From Histomonas meleagridis 2922-C6/04-290x (Eukaryota; Protista; Parabasalia), in NCBI GenBank assembly GCA_020184695.1, contig JAANOX010000022.1, positions 64,150 to 128,149 on the forward strand: 64,000 bases of DNA. Reading direction: 5' to 3'. The notes beneath the pieces were generated by a model. That model saw only the letters and a list, made by a program, of their open reading frames with translations. It was not told where the DNA came from and made no database searches. The translations under genes were made by a program, and so were the position numbers. This document shows, piece by piece, positions 42,777 to 54,613 of the stretch (its first letter is position 1; each line of letters starts with the position of its first letter).

Positions 42777-43580
42777 TTAGCACTTGCAGTCGGATTCTCT
42801 AACCCAACCAATGCCGCCTCCGATGAGAACTCCAGCAGCACGACCACTAATAACTCTTGATACTGTGTATGTACCAGAAATCTTACGAGCATATGTGCCT
42901 GCATATGAATCAGTGTAAAGATTAGCGTTGCTTAATGTAACAGACTTTCCAACAGCAACTGTGCATGATGGAGATGGGGATGGTGAATCGCCAATGAAGT
43001 TGGAAATGTGATTTGCTTCCATGCTGGCAATCTTGTCAAGGTTGGAGTCTACTAAAAGCCAGTTTGCAGCTGCAACATTTGTATGGAATGAATGTTCAAC
43101 AAGAATTCTGTTAGCAACGCCAACATGTTGTGCACCACGGAGAACACCATACCATTCACCACCGCTTCCTTGTTTTGTGATAACCTTACCGGCTTGTCTT
43201 GTTCCCATAAGTGAATGGAGTGAGTTAGCGATGTTTGTGGATAATGTATTAACGCCACCTGAGTTATCAAGTGATGTAATGACAAGAGGGTAATCAACAG
43301 ATTCTGTTCCGCATGCATTTGAATGGATAGAAATGAAAAGATTGCATCCCTTTGCAGTGTTACCACGCTTTTCAAGTGATGGATCATCATTAAGTGATGA
43401 CTTTGTCATGACAACAGAGATTCCTTTGTTTTGAAGTTGTGTCTTGAGCTTATTTGATAACTTCCAAACAACCTCAGACTCATAGTATGTAGAAACGGCA
43501 CCCTTGTTGTATTTTCCAGCGTGGCCAGGGTCGATACAAACCTTTGCTGATGTAGAAAGAGCAAGAAGAAGAGCAAACAT
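42777..43580 (-). CDS. Secreted N-acetylmuramoyl-L-alanine amidase (Amidase_3) with a C-terminal SH3b-like module, bacterial type
   Basis: Signal peptide MFALLLALSTSA; IDPGHAG, YESEV, SLEKR, FISIHSNA and ILVEHSF provide the Zn ligands and catalytic Glu; PS linker; C-terminal ...GWVRESDCK. Confidence 0.92.
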   Translation of the reverse strand: MFALLLALSTSAKVCIDPGHAGKYNKGAVSTYYESEVVWKLSNKLKTQLQNKGISVVMTKSSLNDDPSLEKRGNTAKGCNLFISIHSNACGTESVDYPLVITSLDNSGGVNTLSTNIANSLHSLMGTRQAGKVITKQGSGGEWYGVLRGAQHVGVANRILVEHSFHTNVAAANWLLVDSNLDKIASMEANHISNFIGDSPSPSPSCTVAVGKSVTLSNANLYTDSYAGTYARKISGTYTVSRVISGRAAGVLIGGGIGWVRESDCKC

Positions 43581-44310
43581 ATCCGAATGTCAGTTTGACA
43601 TCATTTCTGTTGACATAGTTTTGTTGACTAAAAATAAACTTGTCAAATTTGAACCGACTGGTGGCTGTAAACCAGTTCCAAAAATTCAGACAGGCGGTTA
43701 TATTGAATTTGAACGGAAATTAGGACGTTAAATTTACCTTGAAAACAAACTTGGGGAAATCTATTCAAAATTCTGTTCAATCATCTCAAAAAGTTGCATT
43801 CAGAAATGATTCTTTAACACCACGTGGTGTTTGAATGGAATTAGCGTGCTCTTCACGAGTTCAATTTCTCTTTGATTACCTTTGTGGAGTGATTCATGTA
43901 TCGCTGTCCCAGTAGCTTATAATCCTGTCTCAGATCAACCAGTTGTAGAAATTAAGTCCTTTAATCCAATTTTTGAGATTTGTAATTCAAAACAAAGGCC
44001 AATACTAGTATTTTTATTTCTGGAAATGATGGAAGTAAACATTTCTGAAAGGACGCGATATCGTTCGGCTTGACCAAATGATAATGCAATTTTTTGAGTT
44101 AATTAACAGTTATCACATGGGTTTCATGATGAAAGTCATTCGGCTGGATTAATCTCGTCATAATCTCGTCGATTCCTTCTTCAATTATAATTGGTAGTTT
44201 TGTGTGAAATTATCTGAATGATGATCAATTTGGTGTGTCGTTTTCTAATCAACTTATTTGAAACATAAATAGTATTTTTAATGGAAAAAGCGGTTTTATG
44301 ATAATTCATC

Positions 44311-44723
44311 AAAACACAGATTTTGAAAAATAAATTGCAGATTTGATAGCCGAAAAGAAACGCCTTACCGTTATTAGCAATGACCTAAAAGAAAAAATAG
44401 CAGTGACAGAAAAAAAAAAAAAAACGATCCAAAGTCTTCATGATACACTTAAAGATTCATGCTTCAATCTTAATTCAAAACTCACTGAACTTAAAGAAGA
44501 AAAAGAAAGGAATGAACAATCATATGAAAATGAATATAAACATTCAATTGTATGTTTAAAGTTACAAATCAGAAAATACACCAAACAACTTGAAAAAGAA
44601 AAGCAAAATTGCGAGTTAACTGCTAGCAGAATTTCTTTTGTTCAGACGACGTGGGAAAAAAAGAAAATGGAAAAAATGAACAAAATTTCAGAAATAAAAT
44701 ATAACACAAAATTACTTCAATCA
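44311..44723 (+). pseudogene. Truncated near-identical copy of the coiled-coil gene at 51274
   Basis: Aligns to about 51278-51690; lacks the ATG, has CAA>TAA near its start, and diverges after CTTCAATCA. Confidence 0.85.
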
Positions 44724-44876
44724 CAGAACGAATGACATTGTCACTTTTTAAAATTGAGAAGTTGAACATTTTTGGTGAATTGTTTTACCCTTCAGACAAA
44801 CTTAGTCAATTAATTTTTTGTCAAAATGCATATTTTGACGCCTGAAAATTTTGACAATTGATCAATTTTTTATTTA

Positions 44877-45161
44877 ATGAGTGCTGATGATCAAGATTTT
44901 CTCATTGAAATGCGAATCAGGAAAGTTAATTCTCTAATGGATTATGTGTCATATGAAGATTGTAGGAAAGCCCTCAAAAATGCATCTTACAACATCTTCA
45001 ATGCAATTCTTCTACTTCAAAACAAAGAAATGGTCAATGTCAGCAAAAAAATTTCAAAGAAATTTAGTGGATTGTTAAATTTATTTGAAATATCTCAAGT
45101 CCTATTTATATGTAATAATGATGAAGATGAAGCCATATCCATACTTAATACTATGATATAA
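44877..45161 (+). CDS. Small protein with two UBA-like helical repeats
   Basis: VSYEDCRKALKNASYNIFNAILLL and EISQVLFICNNDEDEAISIL resemble UBA/EF-Ts-N folds. Confidence 0.55.
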   Translation: MSADDQDFLIEMRIRKVNSLMDYVSYEDCRKALKNASYNIFNAILLLQNKEMVNVSKKISKKFSGLLNLFEISQVLFICNNDEDEAISILNTMI

Positions 45162-45636
45162 TGATTATTAAACAAGTACACATTCTTTCTTATAGTTTTT
45201 CAAAATGAAAAAATTATTACCAAACGTATAGCTTTGATTTGTTATAATTTGAGAAAATTCTGCTTAAAAGTATTAATATATTTCTATCTTTGTGCTGAAA
45301 TTGATAGCTGCAATGCAAGAAGTGTCTGAAATTAATCATTTGTTCCTATAAATTTTATTATACGTATGCAATTTAATGATTAATTCGACCATTTTTAATT
45401 ATATGATTAGCTGTGGTTCACTATTCAAATATAAACTTACATTTTTCAAATTTTAAAATTACTACACTTAGATTCATAAAATTTTTATTTTTTTAATTAG
45501 CAAATATTTAATAGAATTTCCGTTGAATTTATAAATCCATCAATTAACATTAAAATCTATTCTTTCTAGGAATTTCTAATCTATTTTTTTCTATAAATGT
45601 ACCAATTAAGAAATGTGATGTTAAAAAAGGAAACCG

Positions 45637-48600
45637 ATGGAAATTAGGGAAGAAGATGAATCCAAAGAACTCATCAAATCATTTTTATATTATGTAATAT
45701 TTACAAACCCAGAAGCTCCTTTGTTACACATAAAATTTGATTTTGATTTTCAACAAATTTCAAAAATCATATTACCACTTTTAAAAGCAACATCAACTTT
45801 ACCCAATGCCACTGAAATCCAGTGGAGGATCAAATGCTTTCATCAACGTTTCTCAGATCAAGAAATCAAAGATTTTAAAATTACAGATCCTTCTTTTGAC
45901 TTTGCTTATCTTGATTTACAAAAATTAAAAGAACAAGCCGCACAGGTGCTTCTTACTTTTACCAATGGTAAAAGGTCACTTCGTAATCTAACGGATCGTG
46001 ATAAAAATAATCTCGCATTATTTTTACTTATTCTTCGTAAAAGTCATCCCGGCATATTTCATATTATTTACCCCATGTTTGTTCCTATTATTAATACATT
46101 TGATTTAACCAAACTTCTTAATTCCATTGGAATAGATATATTATATTTTCTCAAAAACCCCACTCAACAACTATGTGACAGCATTACATTTGATATCAAT
46201 GATTTACCACAATATTTCAAATTTGACACCAATTTTTTATATCCAGATTTCACATATAATTTACAAAAACGCCTCACGTTATTATATCAATTTCCTTCAT
46301 ATTTTTCATCTGTTTTTAATTCATTATATTTCTCTTTAGCCAACACATGTATTTCTACGTCCACTTTTTTTGTTGATATTATTTCGCAATTAGTCATTGA
46401 ACAAATTATTTCACAAGAATTTGACAAATTTAATGAATTATTTGAAATGTTTCCTGATATATTACCATATATATTATGTAATCATCAACAAATATTATAT
46501 TCTAATTTACAAAACTTTTTACCGATATTAAAATTAAAATATGAACCATCGATAGCCACTGAATGTTTAAATTGTTTTATAAATGATTTCCAATTATTAA
46601 ACATTATATCATATATAACATCTAAAGATATAACTATCAATGATTTAACGAATAAATCAATACCGAAAAACTTAGAAAAATTTTTATTGAAGAAAGATAT
46701 CTTTGAATATGAATCATTAAATTATTATATAATATCACCAAATGATATAACAAATGATTTTGATTTCATTCGATATTATAATGTAATATATAAATTATTA
46801 ACAAATATAATTTTAAACGATAATAAAAACATAAAAAATTTAATAAATGAAATTAAAGAATTATTAAATGATATTAAAGATAAAAATATATTAAATGATA
46901 TTATTATTGATATATTTTCATTATTATTTATCCAAAAAGATGAAAAATATTTGTTTTCGATTTCATTTGTTAAGAAAATTATTAATTTATTAAATAAATT
47001 TTTAACTAATGAAAACAAATATATAACAAATTCAATATTCATTCTAAAAAACTCAAAAACATTCGAAGATATATTTAATAAAGATCCAACAGAAATATTC
47101 GAAGCAATTAATACCAAAAATTGGGAATTAGCAAATAACTTAACAATGAATTTATCATTTTATCGGAAATTATTTATATTATCATATTCGATTTACACTA
47201 TAAATAGTTATAATAAAATACCAAAAGAAATCGAAACTGAAAACAATTTACTTAACATTGAAATATCATTAACGACAAATAATTTAATAAAATTTAATAA
47301 TAATAACAAAACAAAAGATGTACAAACAATTGAATTAATTGATTTCATTAAATTATCAAATGAAGAAATGAATAATTATATAAACAATGATCTTTCAAAC
47401 GAAATAAAAATAAATGCAAATGAAATCGTTAATATGTTAAATGGTCATAAAGACTTTTCTTGCTTCAACGAAAGAAAATGGGAACCAATTCAAGAGTTTG
47501 TGAATATGTTTGAAGAAACGCCAATCGATTTCATTACTACAAATCATCAAAATATAATTTCTGAAGCTGAAACACTTTATAAGTTTTTGTGTTATTTAAA
47601 TGAGTTTTATAATATTCAAAACATTTCACAAAATATAAAATTCGAATTCGATATAATTAAATCGATTTTAAATATTTATAATGAAAATGATATAATTAAT
47701 GCCGAGAAACTTTCGAAATTATTTAATTTGGAATTATTTAAAATAGTTATAAATAATGTAAATAATTTTGACATTAACAATGATTTCATTAAATATTATT
47801 CTAAACTATATCCATTAGAAACTAAAGCATTAAATTTAATAAAAGATTTAGAAAACGATAAAGAACAAATTGAAAACGAAACCGAAATTATTCAAAAAGT
47901 CAAAAACAATGAGCAAATTGAATACGACGATATAATATATCAAATTAACACAAAACCTTTATATGAATCCTTAATACAAAATGATGAATTTTCATTTAAT
48001 GATCAAATGTTAACATTATTAAACCTAATTAGTTATAATTCTAATAAAGACGAAAACTCAAAAATTGTTCGAATTAGATTAATTCACAAATATAAATCGA
48101 AGTCATATAGTGAATTAATTAATAATTTATATCAATCAAATGACTTTAATGACATAACAAAGTATTTAAATAACTCAAACGAATTTGAATCGGATTTAAT
48201 ACGTTTTATTGATTTAAGTGAAAATAATAATGACTTATTAAATGAATTAATTTATAATTATGGGAATTCATATTTTAATATGTTTTATGATAAATTAATT
48301 AATGACTCAACAAAGTTTTCATTATTAAAAGATTTAATACCTGAAAATGAAAAAATTATTTTCGACTCATTCATGACATTACCTAAAGAAATCCAGAAAA
48401 ACACGAAATTTAATGATAAGAATTCGATTTTAAATGAATTCATTAACAATCCTCAATATATATTAAAGATAAAAACAAAAAATTTGGGAATTTTAAATGA
48501 TTCCGATTTAATGTTTATATTGAAATCTTTAAAATTAAATGATAAATTGTTTTATTATAAAATTATCGATCATTTAATTCCATTATTTAATAATAAGGAA

Positions 48601-50316
48601 ATGATCACTAAAGTTTTTCACGATAATTATGAAAAACATATTAAATCAATTAACGTTACTTCATTAGATACCGAAAATTATGCAATATTTCTATTAAATT
48701 ATATAAATAATATTTTCATAAAAATCAATCAAAGTAATAATCAAGTTAAATGTTTATTAGTGTTCTTGGAAAACAGAATTTTTTATAATTTTATGTCCTC
48801 TTATACATTTGAGAAATTCGGATCAGAAAATTTCGGTGATTATCTTCTAGAAATATGTTTTAAAAATGATATCAACTCTCAAAGCTTACTACAAAACATT
48901 TCGGATTCATTTAATACTAAAATTGAACAATATTACTTCAATGTTTTATATATTCTATCAAAAATTGGTCTATTCTCTACATGTAAAACCTTATTAAATG
49001 AATATAAAAGTCAAATTAAGGCATTCTATTTCGATTTATATCATGAATATGATTCCAATAATGAAGAAAACCAAACGAATGATGACATGCATCCATTCTT
49101 TAATTATTACATCAAGCTGCCACTTTTCGACATCAATTTCATTGAAAAAGTTCAACAAACACCTTTCGATCAAATTTCGAATTTATTTGCCTTAAAATAT
49201 AATTTACCAACACCAAATTTAATATATGAAAATAAAACACGTACAAATAATCTTAAATATTATTGCTCATATTGTTTATCCCCAATTGCATCTGTTAAAT
49301 CATTAATATATATCAAATATTATCGAATTGCTTACCAAATATTGATGAACGTTGATGATGATAAACGATTGGATTTCTTCTTGGATAATTTTTATTCATC
49401 AATTATTAAATATGATCAATTTGAAGATTTTTCTAAGTTTATATTAGATCAAGACCCCGAATTTATAATTACTGGCGAATTATTTACGAATGCAACAAAT
49501 TATTTCGAGCAAAAATTAATGAGGCATAATGCATTAACTATATATAGTTTTAGACATCAATATGATGAAGCTGCAAGAACAGCTATACAATTGTTTCATA
49601 TTGATGCATCTGATGAAAAAAGATTATATCATATTGCAATTGCTTACTCATTCTTGGCGCAAGCCTTAGATTTAAGACATAACCCACAGAAGAATGTCAT
49701 TCCTAAGTATATACCTTCGGATACCTTCACAACAGACATCGAAAAAATGCTGTTGATGACCGACATTCAAACAAAGTTCTGTGAATTTTGTTATAATCAA
49801 AGAATTGAATTTTCGCCGTCAGAACATGACATCATTGAAAATAATTCAAATTGTGTTAACGTCTGCGCTCTTTGTAAATATTATAAAGTTATGAATTTCA
49901 ATGAAAAGCCAATTCATATAAAGTTAAATGTTGAAAAAGTGGATGAAATTTATTCAAAATTGATTAATGCATTGAATATTGAACCGCTTGATGTGACTTC
50001 ACATTTGGCAAAATATTTGTCAAAACAAAGCAAAAACGAAATTATTCAATTCGTGGAAAAATTCATTATTAATTGTCCAAATGAAAAATCTGAACTGTTA
50101 TCATTGTTAGTTAGAAATGTTGCAACAACGAAAAAATTTGAGATTATCAAAGATTTGATTAAATTCGAAAAAAATGAAAAAATGAAAATGTTAATGTGTT
50201 TGGAAAATGATTTGATTGAAGAAGCTTTTGAATTGGCAAAGAAACTAAAGGATAAGAAAGTTATACCTTTAATCCAATTTAGGGCTTCGCAACTCGGAAT
50301 GAAAAAATTTATATGA
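45637..50316 (+). CDS. Large helical protein, C-terminus possibly spastizin (ZFYVE26)-like
   Basis: 1559-aa intact ORF; IYSFRHQYDEAARTAIQLF resembles the ZFYVE26 YQQFMKDYVRAAMTCIRF segment. The family call is tentative. Confidence 0.55.
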   Translation: MEIREEDESKELIKSFLYYVIFTNPEAPLLHIKFDFDFQQISKIILPLLKATSTLPNATEIQWRIKCFHQRFSDQEIKDFKITDPSFDFAYLDLQKLKEQAAQVLLTFTNGKRSLRNLTDRDKNNLALFLLILRKSHPGIFHIIYPMFVPIINTFDLTKLLNSIGIDILYFLKNPTQQLCDSITFDINDLPQYFKFDTNFLYPDFTYNLQKRLTLLYQFPSYFSSVFNSLYFSLANTCISTSTFFVDIISQLVIEQIISQEFDKFNELFEMFPDILPYILCNHQQILYSNLQNFLPILKLKYEPSIATECLNCFINDFQLLNIISYITSKDITINDLTNKSIPKNLEKFLLKKDIFEYESLNYYIISPNDITNDFDFIRYYNVIYKLLTNIILNDNKNIKNLINEIKELLNDIKDKNILNDIIIDIFSLLFIQKDEKYLFSISFVKKIINLLNKFLTNENKYITNSIFILKNSKTFEDIFNKDPTEIFEAINTKNWELANNLTMNLSFYRKLFILSYSIYTINSYNKIPKEIETENNLLNIEISLTTNNLIKFNNNNKTKDVQTIELIDFIKLSNEEMNNYINNDLSNEIKINANEIVNMLNGHKDFSCFNERKWEPIQEFVNMFEETPIDFITTNHQNIISEAETLYKFLCYLNEFYNIQNISQNIKFEFDIIKSILNIYNENDIINAEKLSKLFNLELFKIVINNVNNFDINNDFIKYYSKLYPLETKALNLIKDLENDKEQIENETEIIQKVKNNEQIEYDDIIYQINTKPLYESLIQNDEFSFNDQMLTLLNLISYNSNKDENSKIVRIRLIHKYKSKSYSELINNLYQSNDFNDITKYLNNSNEFESDLIRFIDLSENNNDLLNELIYNYGNSYFNMFYDKLINDSTKFSLLKDLIPENEKIIFDSFMTLPKEIQKNTKFNDKNSILNEFINNPQYILKIKTKNLGILNDSDLMFILKSLKLNDKLFYYKIIDHLIPLFNNKEMITKVFHDNYEKHIKSINVTSLDTENYAIFLLNYINNIFIKINQSNNQVKCLLVFLENRIFYNFMSSYTFEKFGSENFGDYLLEICFKNDINSQSLLQNISDSFNTKIEQYYFNVLYILSKIGLFSTCKTLLNEYKSQIKAFYFDLYHEYDSNNEENQTNDDMHPFFNYYIKLPLFDINFIEKVQQTPFDQISNLFALKYNLPTPNLIYENKTRTNNLKYYCSYCLSPIASVKSLIYIKYYRIAYQILMNVDDDKRLDFFLDNFYSSIIKYDQFEDFSKFILDQDPEFIITGELFTNATNYFEQKLMRHNALTIYSFRHQYDEAARTAIQLFHIDASDEKRLYHIAIAYSFLAQALDLRHNPQKNVIPKYIPSDTFTTDIEKMLLMTDIQTKFCEFCYNQRIEFSPSEHDIIENNSNCVNVCALCKYYKVMNFNEKPIHIKLNVEKVDEIYSKLINALNIEPLDVTSHLAKYLSKQSKNEIIQFVEKFIINCPNEKSELLSLLVRNVATTKKFEIIKDLIKFEKNEKMKMLMCLENDLIEEAFELAKKLKDKKVIPLIQFRASQLGMKKFI

Positions 50317-50736
50317 AATTTAATGTATTAATAAATTACTATTTCGAATCTTTGTTTTTGTTAAACCACTGTTTCTATACATGGGAAGATAATTTAGAGA
50401 AACTTAAAATAACACAAACACAGGAGATAAAAATTCGAATTCTTGAAATTCCTTAATGAATTTGAGGAAACTATATTCAGTTTTACTGAAGAAGACTTAC
50501 AGAAGGCTGTTTAAAAAGTATTGGAATTATTCGATTTAAATTATCCTCTTACATGTAATATTATTATAATTAACATAGTTTATAATGTATTTTCAACAAA
50601 AAAGCATGCTTGTATTTGATATTTCGTTAATTTTTTTAAAAAACACTTTTCAAACTAAAGAAGAAGAATTTTTTTTGTTATCAGAAAGGGAGAAAATAGT
50701 TAATACTTTAGAAAATATTCCAACAATATATTACAT

Positions 50737-51198
50737 TTACTTATTACTACCTTTTTTAATGTGGGAAAATTTATTTTCAGGATCGAGTTCTGTTGGAGGA
50801 TTGCATAATGCTTCAAAAATGTTTCGTGTTGTGTTTTGAACTTTTTGGAACCATTCTTCAAGAGGCGTTGAGGGGAACCCTTCCATCTTCTTGTCGAACC
50901 AAAGTGACGCTTCCTTAGACATGTAGGCAAATAAGGAATCTTCTCCATTATATAGTATCGCATTTGACCATATTAAATTAACATCGCTTTTGAATGCTTC
51001 TACATCACTGTATTGATCTGCATTGAGTTTCTTTTTAATTTCATTTAGAGCCATTGGTTTTTTGATATACTCATAATAATCAGGTGCTCCATCTCTAACA
51101 GGATCAACCATATTAACAAACGGAGAACATATTGGAAATTGTATCATTTTATCAATAATTTTGATGCATTTACTCTTTTGGAATTCGTTGAGTGGCAT
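50737..51198 (-). CDS. Bromodomain protein
   Basis: SPFVNMVDPVRDGAPDYYEYIKKPMAL...FKSDVNLIWSNAILYN; start at ATG 51198. Confidence 0.9.
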   Translation of the reverse strand: MPLNEFQKSKCIKIIDKMIQFPICSPFVNMVDPVRDGAPDYYEYIKKPMALNEIKKKLNADQYSDVEAFKSDVNLIWSNAILYNGEDSLFAYMSKEASLWFDKKMEGFPSTPLEEWFQKVQNTTRNIFEALCNPPTELDPENKFSHIKKGSNK

Positions 51199-51273
51199 TT
51201 GGGTAAAAAGGATTTTTGTGGAATCTAAACGTTTCCATGAACGATAGAAGTTAACGGTCGAAAGATTCAGCAC

Positions 51274-51905
51274 ATGAAAAACACAGATTTTGAAAAACAA
51301 ATTGCAGACTTGATAGCCGAAAAGAAACGCCTTACCGTTATTAGCAATGACCTAAAAGAAAAAATAGCAGTGACAGAAAAAAAAAGAAAAACGATCCAAA
51401 GTCTTCATGATACACTTAAAGATTCATGCTTCAATCTTAATTCAAAACTCACTGAACTTAAAGAAGAAAAAAAGAAAGGAATGAACAATCATATGAAAAT
51501 GAATATAAACATTCAATTGTATGTTTAAAGTTACAAATCAGAAAATACACCAAACAACTTGAAAAAGAAAAGCAAAATTGCGAGTTAACTGCTAGCAGAA
51601 TTTCTTTTGTTCAGACGACGTGGGAAAAAAAGAAAATGGAAAAAATGAACAAAATTTCAGAAATAAAATATAACACAAAATTACTTCAATCAAAAATTAA
51701 CGAAACAGTAAAGCGTATCAGAGATATGAAGGGAATTATGTTAAAATTTGAAGAAGGAAATATATATCAAGAAATCATAAAATCTTCATTAAAAAGTAGC
51801 CCTTCAAAAGCTTCAAATGATGCTGAAAGATTAGAGCTTATGAAGATATGTCAAAATTTGCAAAAAAGAAGGGATATGCTTCGAGCCAATTTAGAAAAAA
51901 AATAA
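51274..51905 (+). pseudogene. Coiled-coil gene split by a frameshift in an A-run (pseudogene or assembly error)
   Basis: GAAG(A7)G here versus GAAG(A5)G in the 44.3-kb copy; the A5 version joins ORFs 51274 and 51636 into one frame. Confidence 0.72.
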
Positions 51906-52184
51906 TTTTGTTTTTGTTATTACAATACTACATAACTAAAGGATAAAGTGACTTATCAAAAGTATATCTTTCAAAAATATGCAATTTCAATTTTATATTA
52001 TGATTTTTTTCATAAAAAATTTTCTAGGAAAATTTTTATTTACTACATCAATAATCCTAACTTGTGTTTTGTGTTGAGAATTTTATTGCTTAGCGACTAA
52101 GTAATCTTATGATTTTCCCGGGGAAAAATAAAAATTTTATTTTAAGAACTTTTTGAATTGATTTAACGTTTTTTTCAGCCAAAA

Positions 52185-53291
52185 ATGGACACCAAAAACA
52201 AGATGGCTACGCAGTATTTTTCAAAAGCAGAGGAGAAGAGATTTAATGCTTTCAAATTAATACGTGGAAATTTATACCACATTATACAATGGTCAAATGA
52301 ACTTGCTTATTTATATCAAGATGAAACAGATCTACATACAATGCTTAAAAAAGTTATCCAAAAATCTTCTTCAATTGCAAAAAGCTTATATATTACATCT
52401 GATTTAAAAGAAAGGAAAAACATCATTGAACATGAAATCTATGAAGATCCAGAAAATCTATATGGTGAATTACAAACCTTTTTAAAAGATAAAATGTACA
52501 ATAAAGTTTCTGGTGCATATTCTCATATGTTACAAATCATATCAAGTCAAGATAATTCTGATACTTTCGACTCAAACGAATTAGAAAAAGATTTATCCGC
52601 GTTTAAAATTGATGACATCAATTCCATTAAAAGAGTTAGTCCTACTTTATCATCAAATATCACAAAATATTTTCCAAATAATACCAGTCCAAAAGTCGAC
52701 AAAAATAGCCCACAGAATGAAGTCCTACGCCAAGCCAATCAAGTTGTTGCCTTTACTAATTTATATTCCGAAGTTACTGATATCATTAATAATCATGGTA
52801 AGTTCAAAGAAGAGCTAAAACAAGCCAAAGAAATCATCAAAGATATCATCAACAAGCAAAAGAAGCCTTCATCAATGCCACAGTTAAATTACTCTCCGAC
52901 TAAGCAATCATTTCCATTTCGTCAAGGACTTAATTCGCCTCCCAAACCAAATAACCCATTACTCGGAAACAGTTTTCCATTTTTGGGCGGTACTGAAGGT
53001 CAAAAGAAGAATATACAACATCAAATTGATGAATGCGTTGCAAATTACAATAAAATATCAAAAGAAAACGAAGAACTAGAACAAAAAATTAAAGAAATCG
53101 AGGAAGAAATTCAGAAAAAGAAGAAAGAAAAAGAAGAAAATTTGGCAAAAATCAAAGAAAAAGAAATTGAAATCAATAAGAAGTCAAATGAAATCGGTGA
53201 AATGAAATCAGAGGCTTCGACAAAAGGACAAATTATACATGATCTAATGCTAGAAATTTTACATATGTCGAAAGAATATGGCATTAAATGA
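52185..53291 (+). CDS. Hypothetical protein with C-terminal coiled coil
   Basis: 368-aa intact ORF. Confidence 0.75.
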   Translation: MDTKNKMATQYFSKAEEKRFNAFKLIRGNLYHIIQWSNELAYLYQDETDLHTMLKKVIQKSSSIAKSLYITSDLKERKNIIEHEIYEDPENLYGELQTFLKDKMYNKVSGAYSHMLQIISSQDNSDTFDSNELEKDLSAFKIDDINSIKRVSPTLSSNITKYFPNNTSPKVDKNSPQNEVLRQANQVVAFTNLYSEVTDIINNHGKFKEELKQAKEIIKDIINKQKKPSSMPQLNYSPTKQSFPFRQGLNSPPKPNNPLLGNSFPFLGGTEGQKKNIQHQIDECVANYNKISKENEELEQKIKEIEEEIQKKKKEKEENLAKIKEKEIEINKKSNEIGEMKSEASTKGQIIHDLMLEILHMSKEYGIK

Positions 53292-53974
53292 AATTATGAT
53301 TTGAAAATAAATTTAATTTGATTTTTTTTTATTGTAAACATTTATTTTCTTGGCTGAGTCTGATACAAAAAAGCAGTAAATGTATTCATTTATTGAATTT
53401 TCTGATCGAGTACCGGGAAAATATTTCTAAGCCTGAAAAACCCCTTTAAGGGTCCCTCTATGAAAAACTGGAGTAAATTTCACAAAAAGTAATAAAAAGA
53501 ATGCATATATTGTGAATATTTATGCATTAGACAATTAATATTGGGCATTTTATTAATTGCATACAATCAGTTAATTATTTTTATTCTAAAATATCAAAAA
53601 TATTGTGTTTTTAATTATTTTTATTTTGAAAAATCCCGAAAATGAAAAGAAAAAACAAAAAAATAACGTAAAACAAGATTTCAAACCCATAGTACATGCA
53701 AAAAGCTTTGACCAAAATGAAAGTCACACAAATATTTCTACTTGCCAGTAGTGATTCTAAATATAGGAATTTGATTTGAAGGGGTTTTTCCCTCTACTCT
53801 ATCTGATTTCATATTAAAATAAATATCTTAATATTTCCCACGTAAATAATTGCCAAAGGAGTGATAAAATTTAATCTTTGTTCAATCTTTACCTATTTTG
53901 AAATGTGAAAAATATCCAAAAAATGCCGATGTGCAAAACGGTTTATGGCAGTTTGCAAAATTTAAAATTGAAAA

Positions 53975-54613
53975 ATGGAAGATTTACGTATTGCTATTGT
54001 AGGAGATGCTAGTGTTGGTAAAACTGCTCTTGCAGTGCGTTTTACCCAAGGCGTTTTTGATCCCTATTTAAAACAAAATACCGGAGGTGTAAGTTATGAA
54101 AGACAAATAACTCTTCAAGATGAAACTGTTAAAATTCAAATATGGGATACAGCAGGTCAAGAACAATATCAATCTCTCGCACCGTTTTATTATAGGGGTG
54201 CTCACGTGATAATAATTGTTTTTGCCCTTGGAGATTGTCATCCAGATGCCCCAAACAGTCGTTCTTCGTTTGACAATGTTGAAAAGTGGTACAATCAAAT
54301 TAGGGACAACAATGCTAATGCGATAATTATTTTATGTGGAAGTATGTCCGATCTCGAGAACCGAGAAATAACGTTTGAAGAAGGTCAACAAAGAGCTCAA
54401 ACTCTCCCTGATTTTATTCAATATTTTGAAACAAGTTCTGTCACAGGATTTGGAATCAACGATCTGTTTAAATATGCCGCCCAACGATTTCTTGAGTTTA
54501 GAACAGGGAAAAGCTTTGATGGAGATGATGAAAATCTAGATGGGCCTGTAAAATTAAATGATGATAATCAAAATGATGGGAAAGGAGGTTGGTTTAGCTG
54601 GTTGTTCTGCTAA
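53975..54613 (+). CDS. Rab-family GTPase (divergent)
   Basis: GDASVGKT, WDTAGQEQYQSLAPFYYRGA, ETSS; G4 is GSMSD; ends WLFC. Confidence 0.92.
   Translation: MEDLRIAIVGDASVGKTALAVRFTQGVFDPYLKQNTGGVSYERQITLQDETVKIQIWDTAGQEQYQSLAPFYYRGAHVIIIVFALGDCHPDAPNSRSSFDNVEKWYNQIRDNNANAIIILCGSMSDLENREITFEEGQQRAQTLPDFIQYFETSSVTGFGINDLFKYAAQRFLEFRTGKSFDGDDENLDGPVKLNDDNQNDGKGGWFSWLFC

Noticed and set aside
42777-43580. Amidase as bacterial contamination
   Set aside because: No Shine-Dalgarno or operon context, a eukaryote-style short signal peptide, and contiguity with parabasalid sequence on both sides; read-level confirmation is still advisable.
43760-44260. Coding-like sequence on the minus strand
   Set aside because: Stops in all frames and no recognisable family; possibly an old pseudogene, but not supportable.
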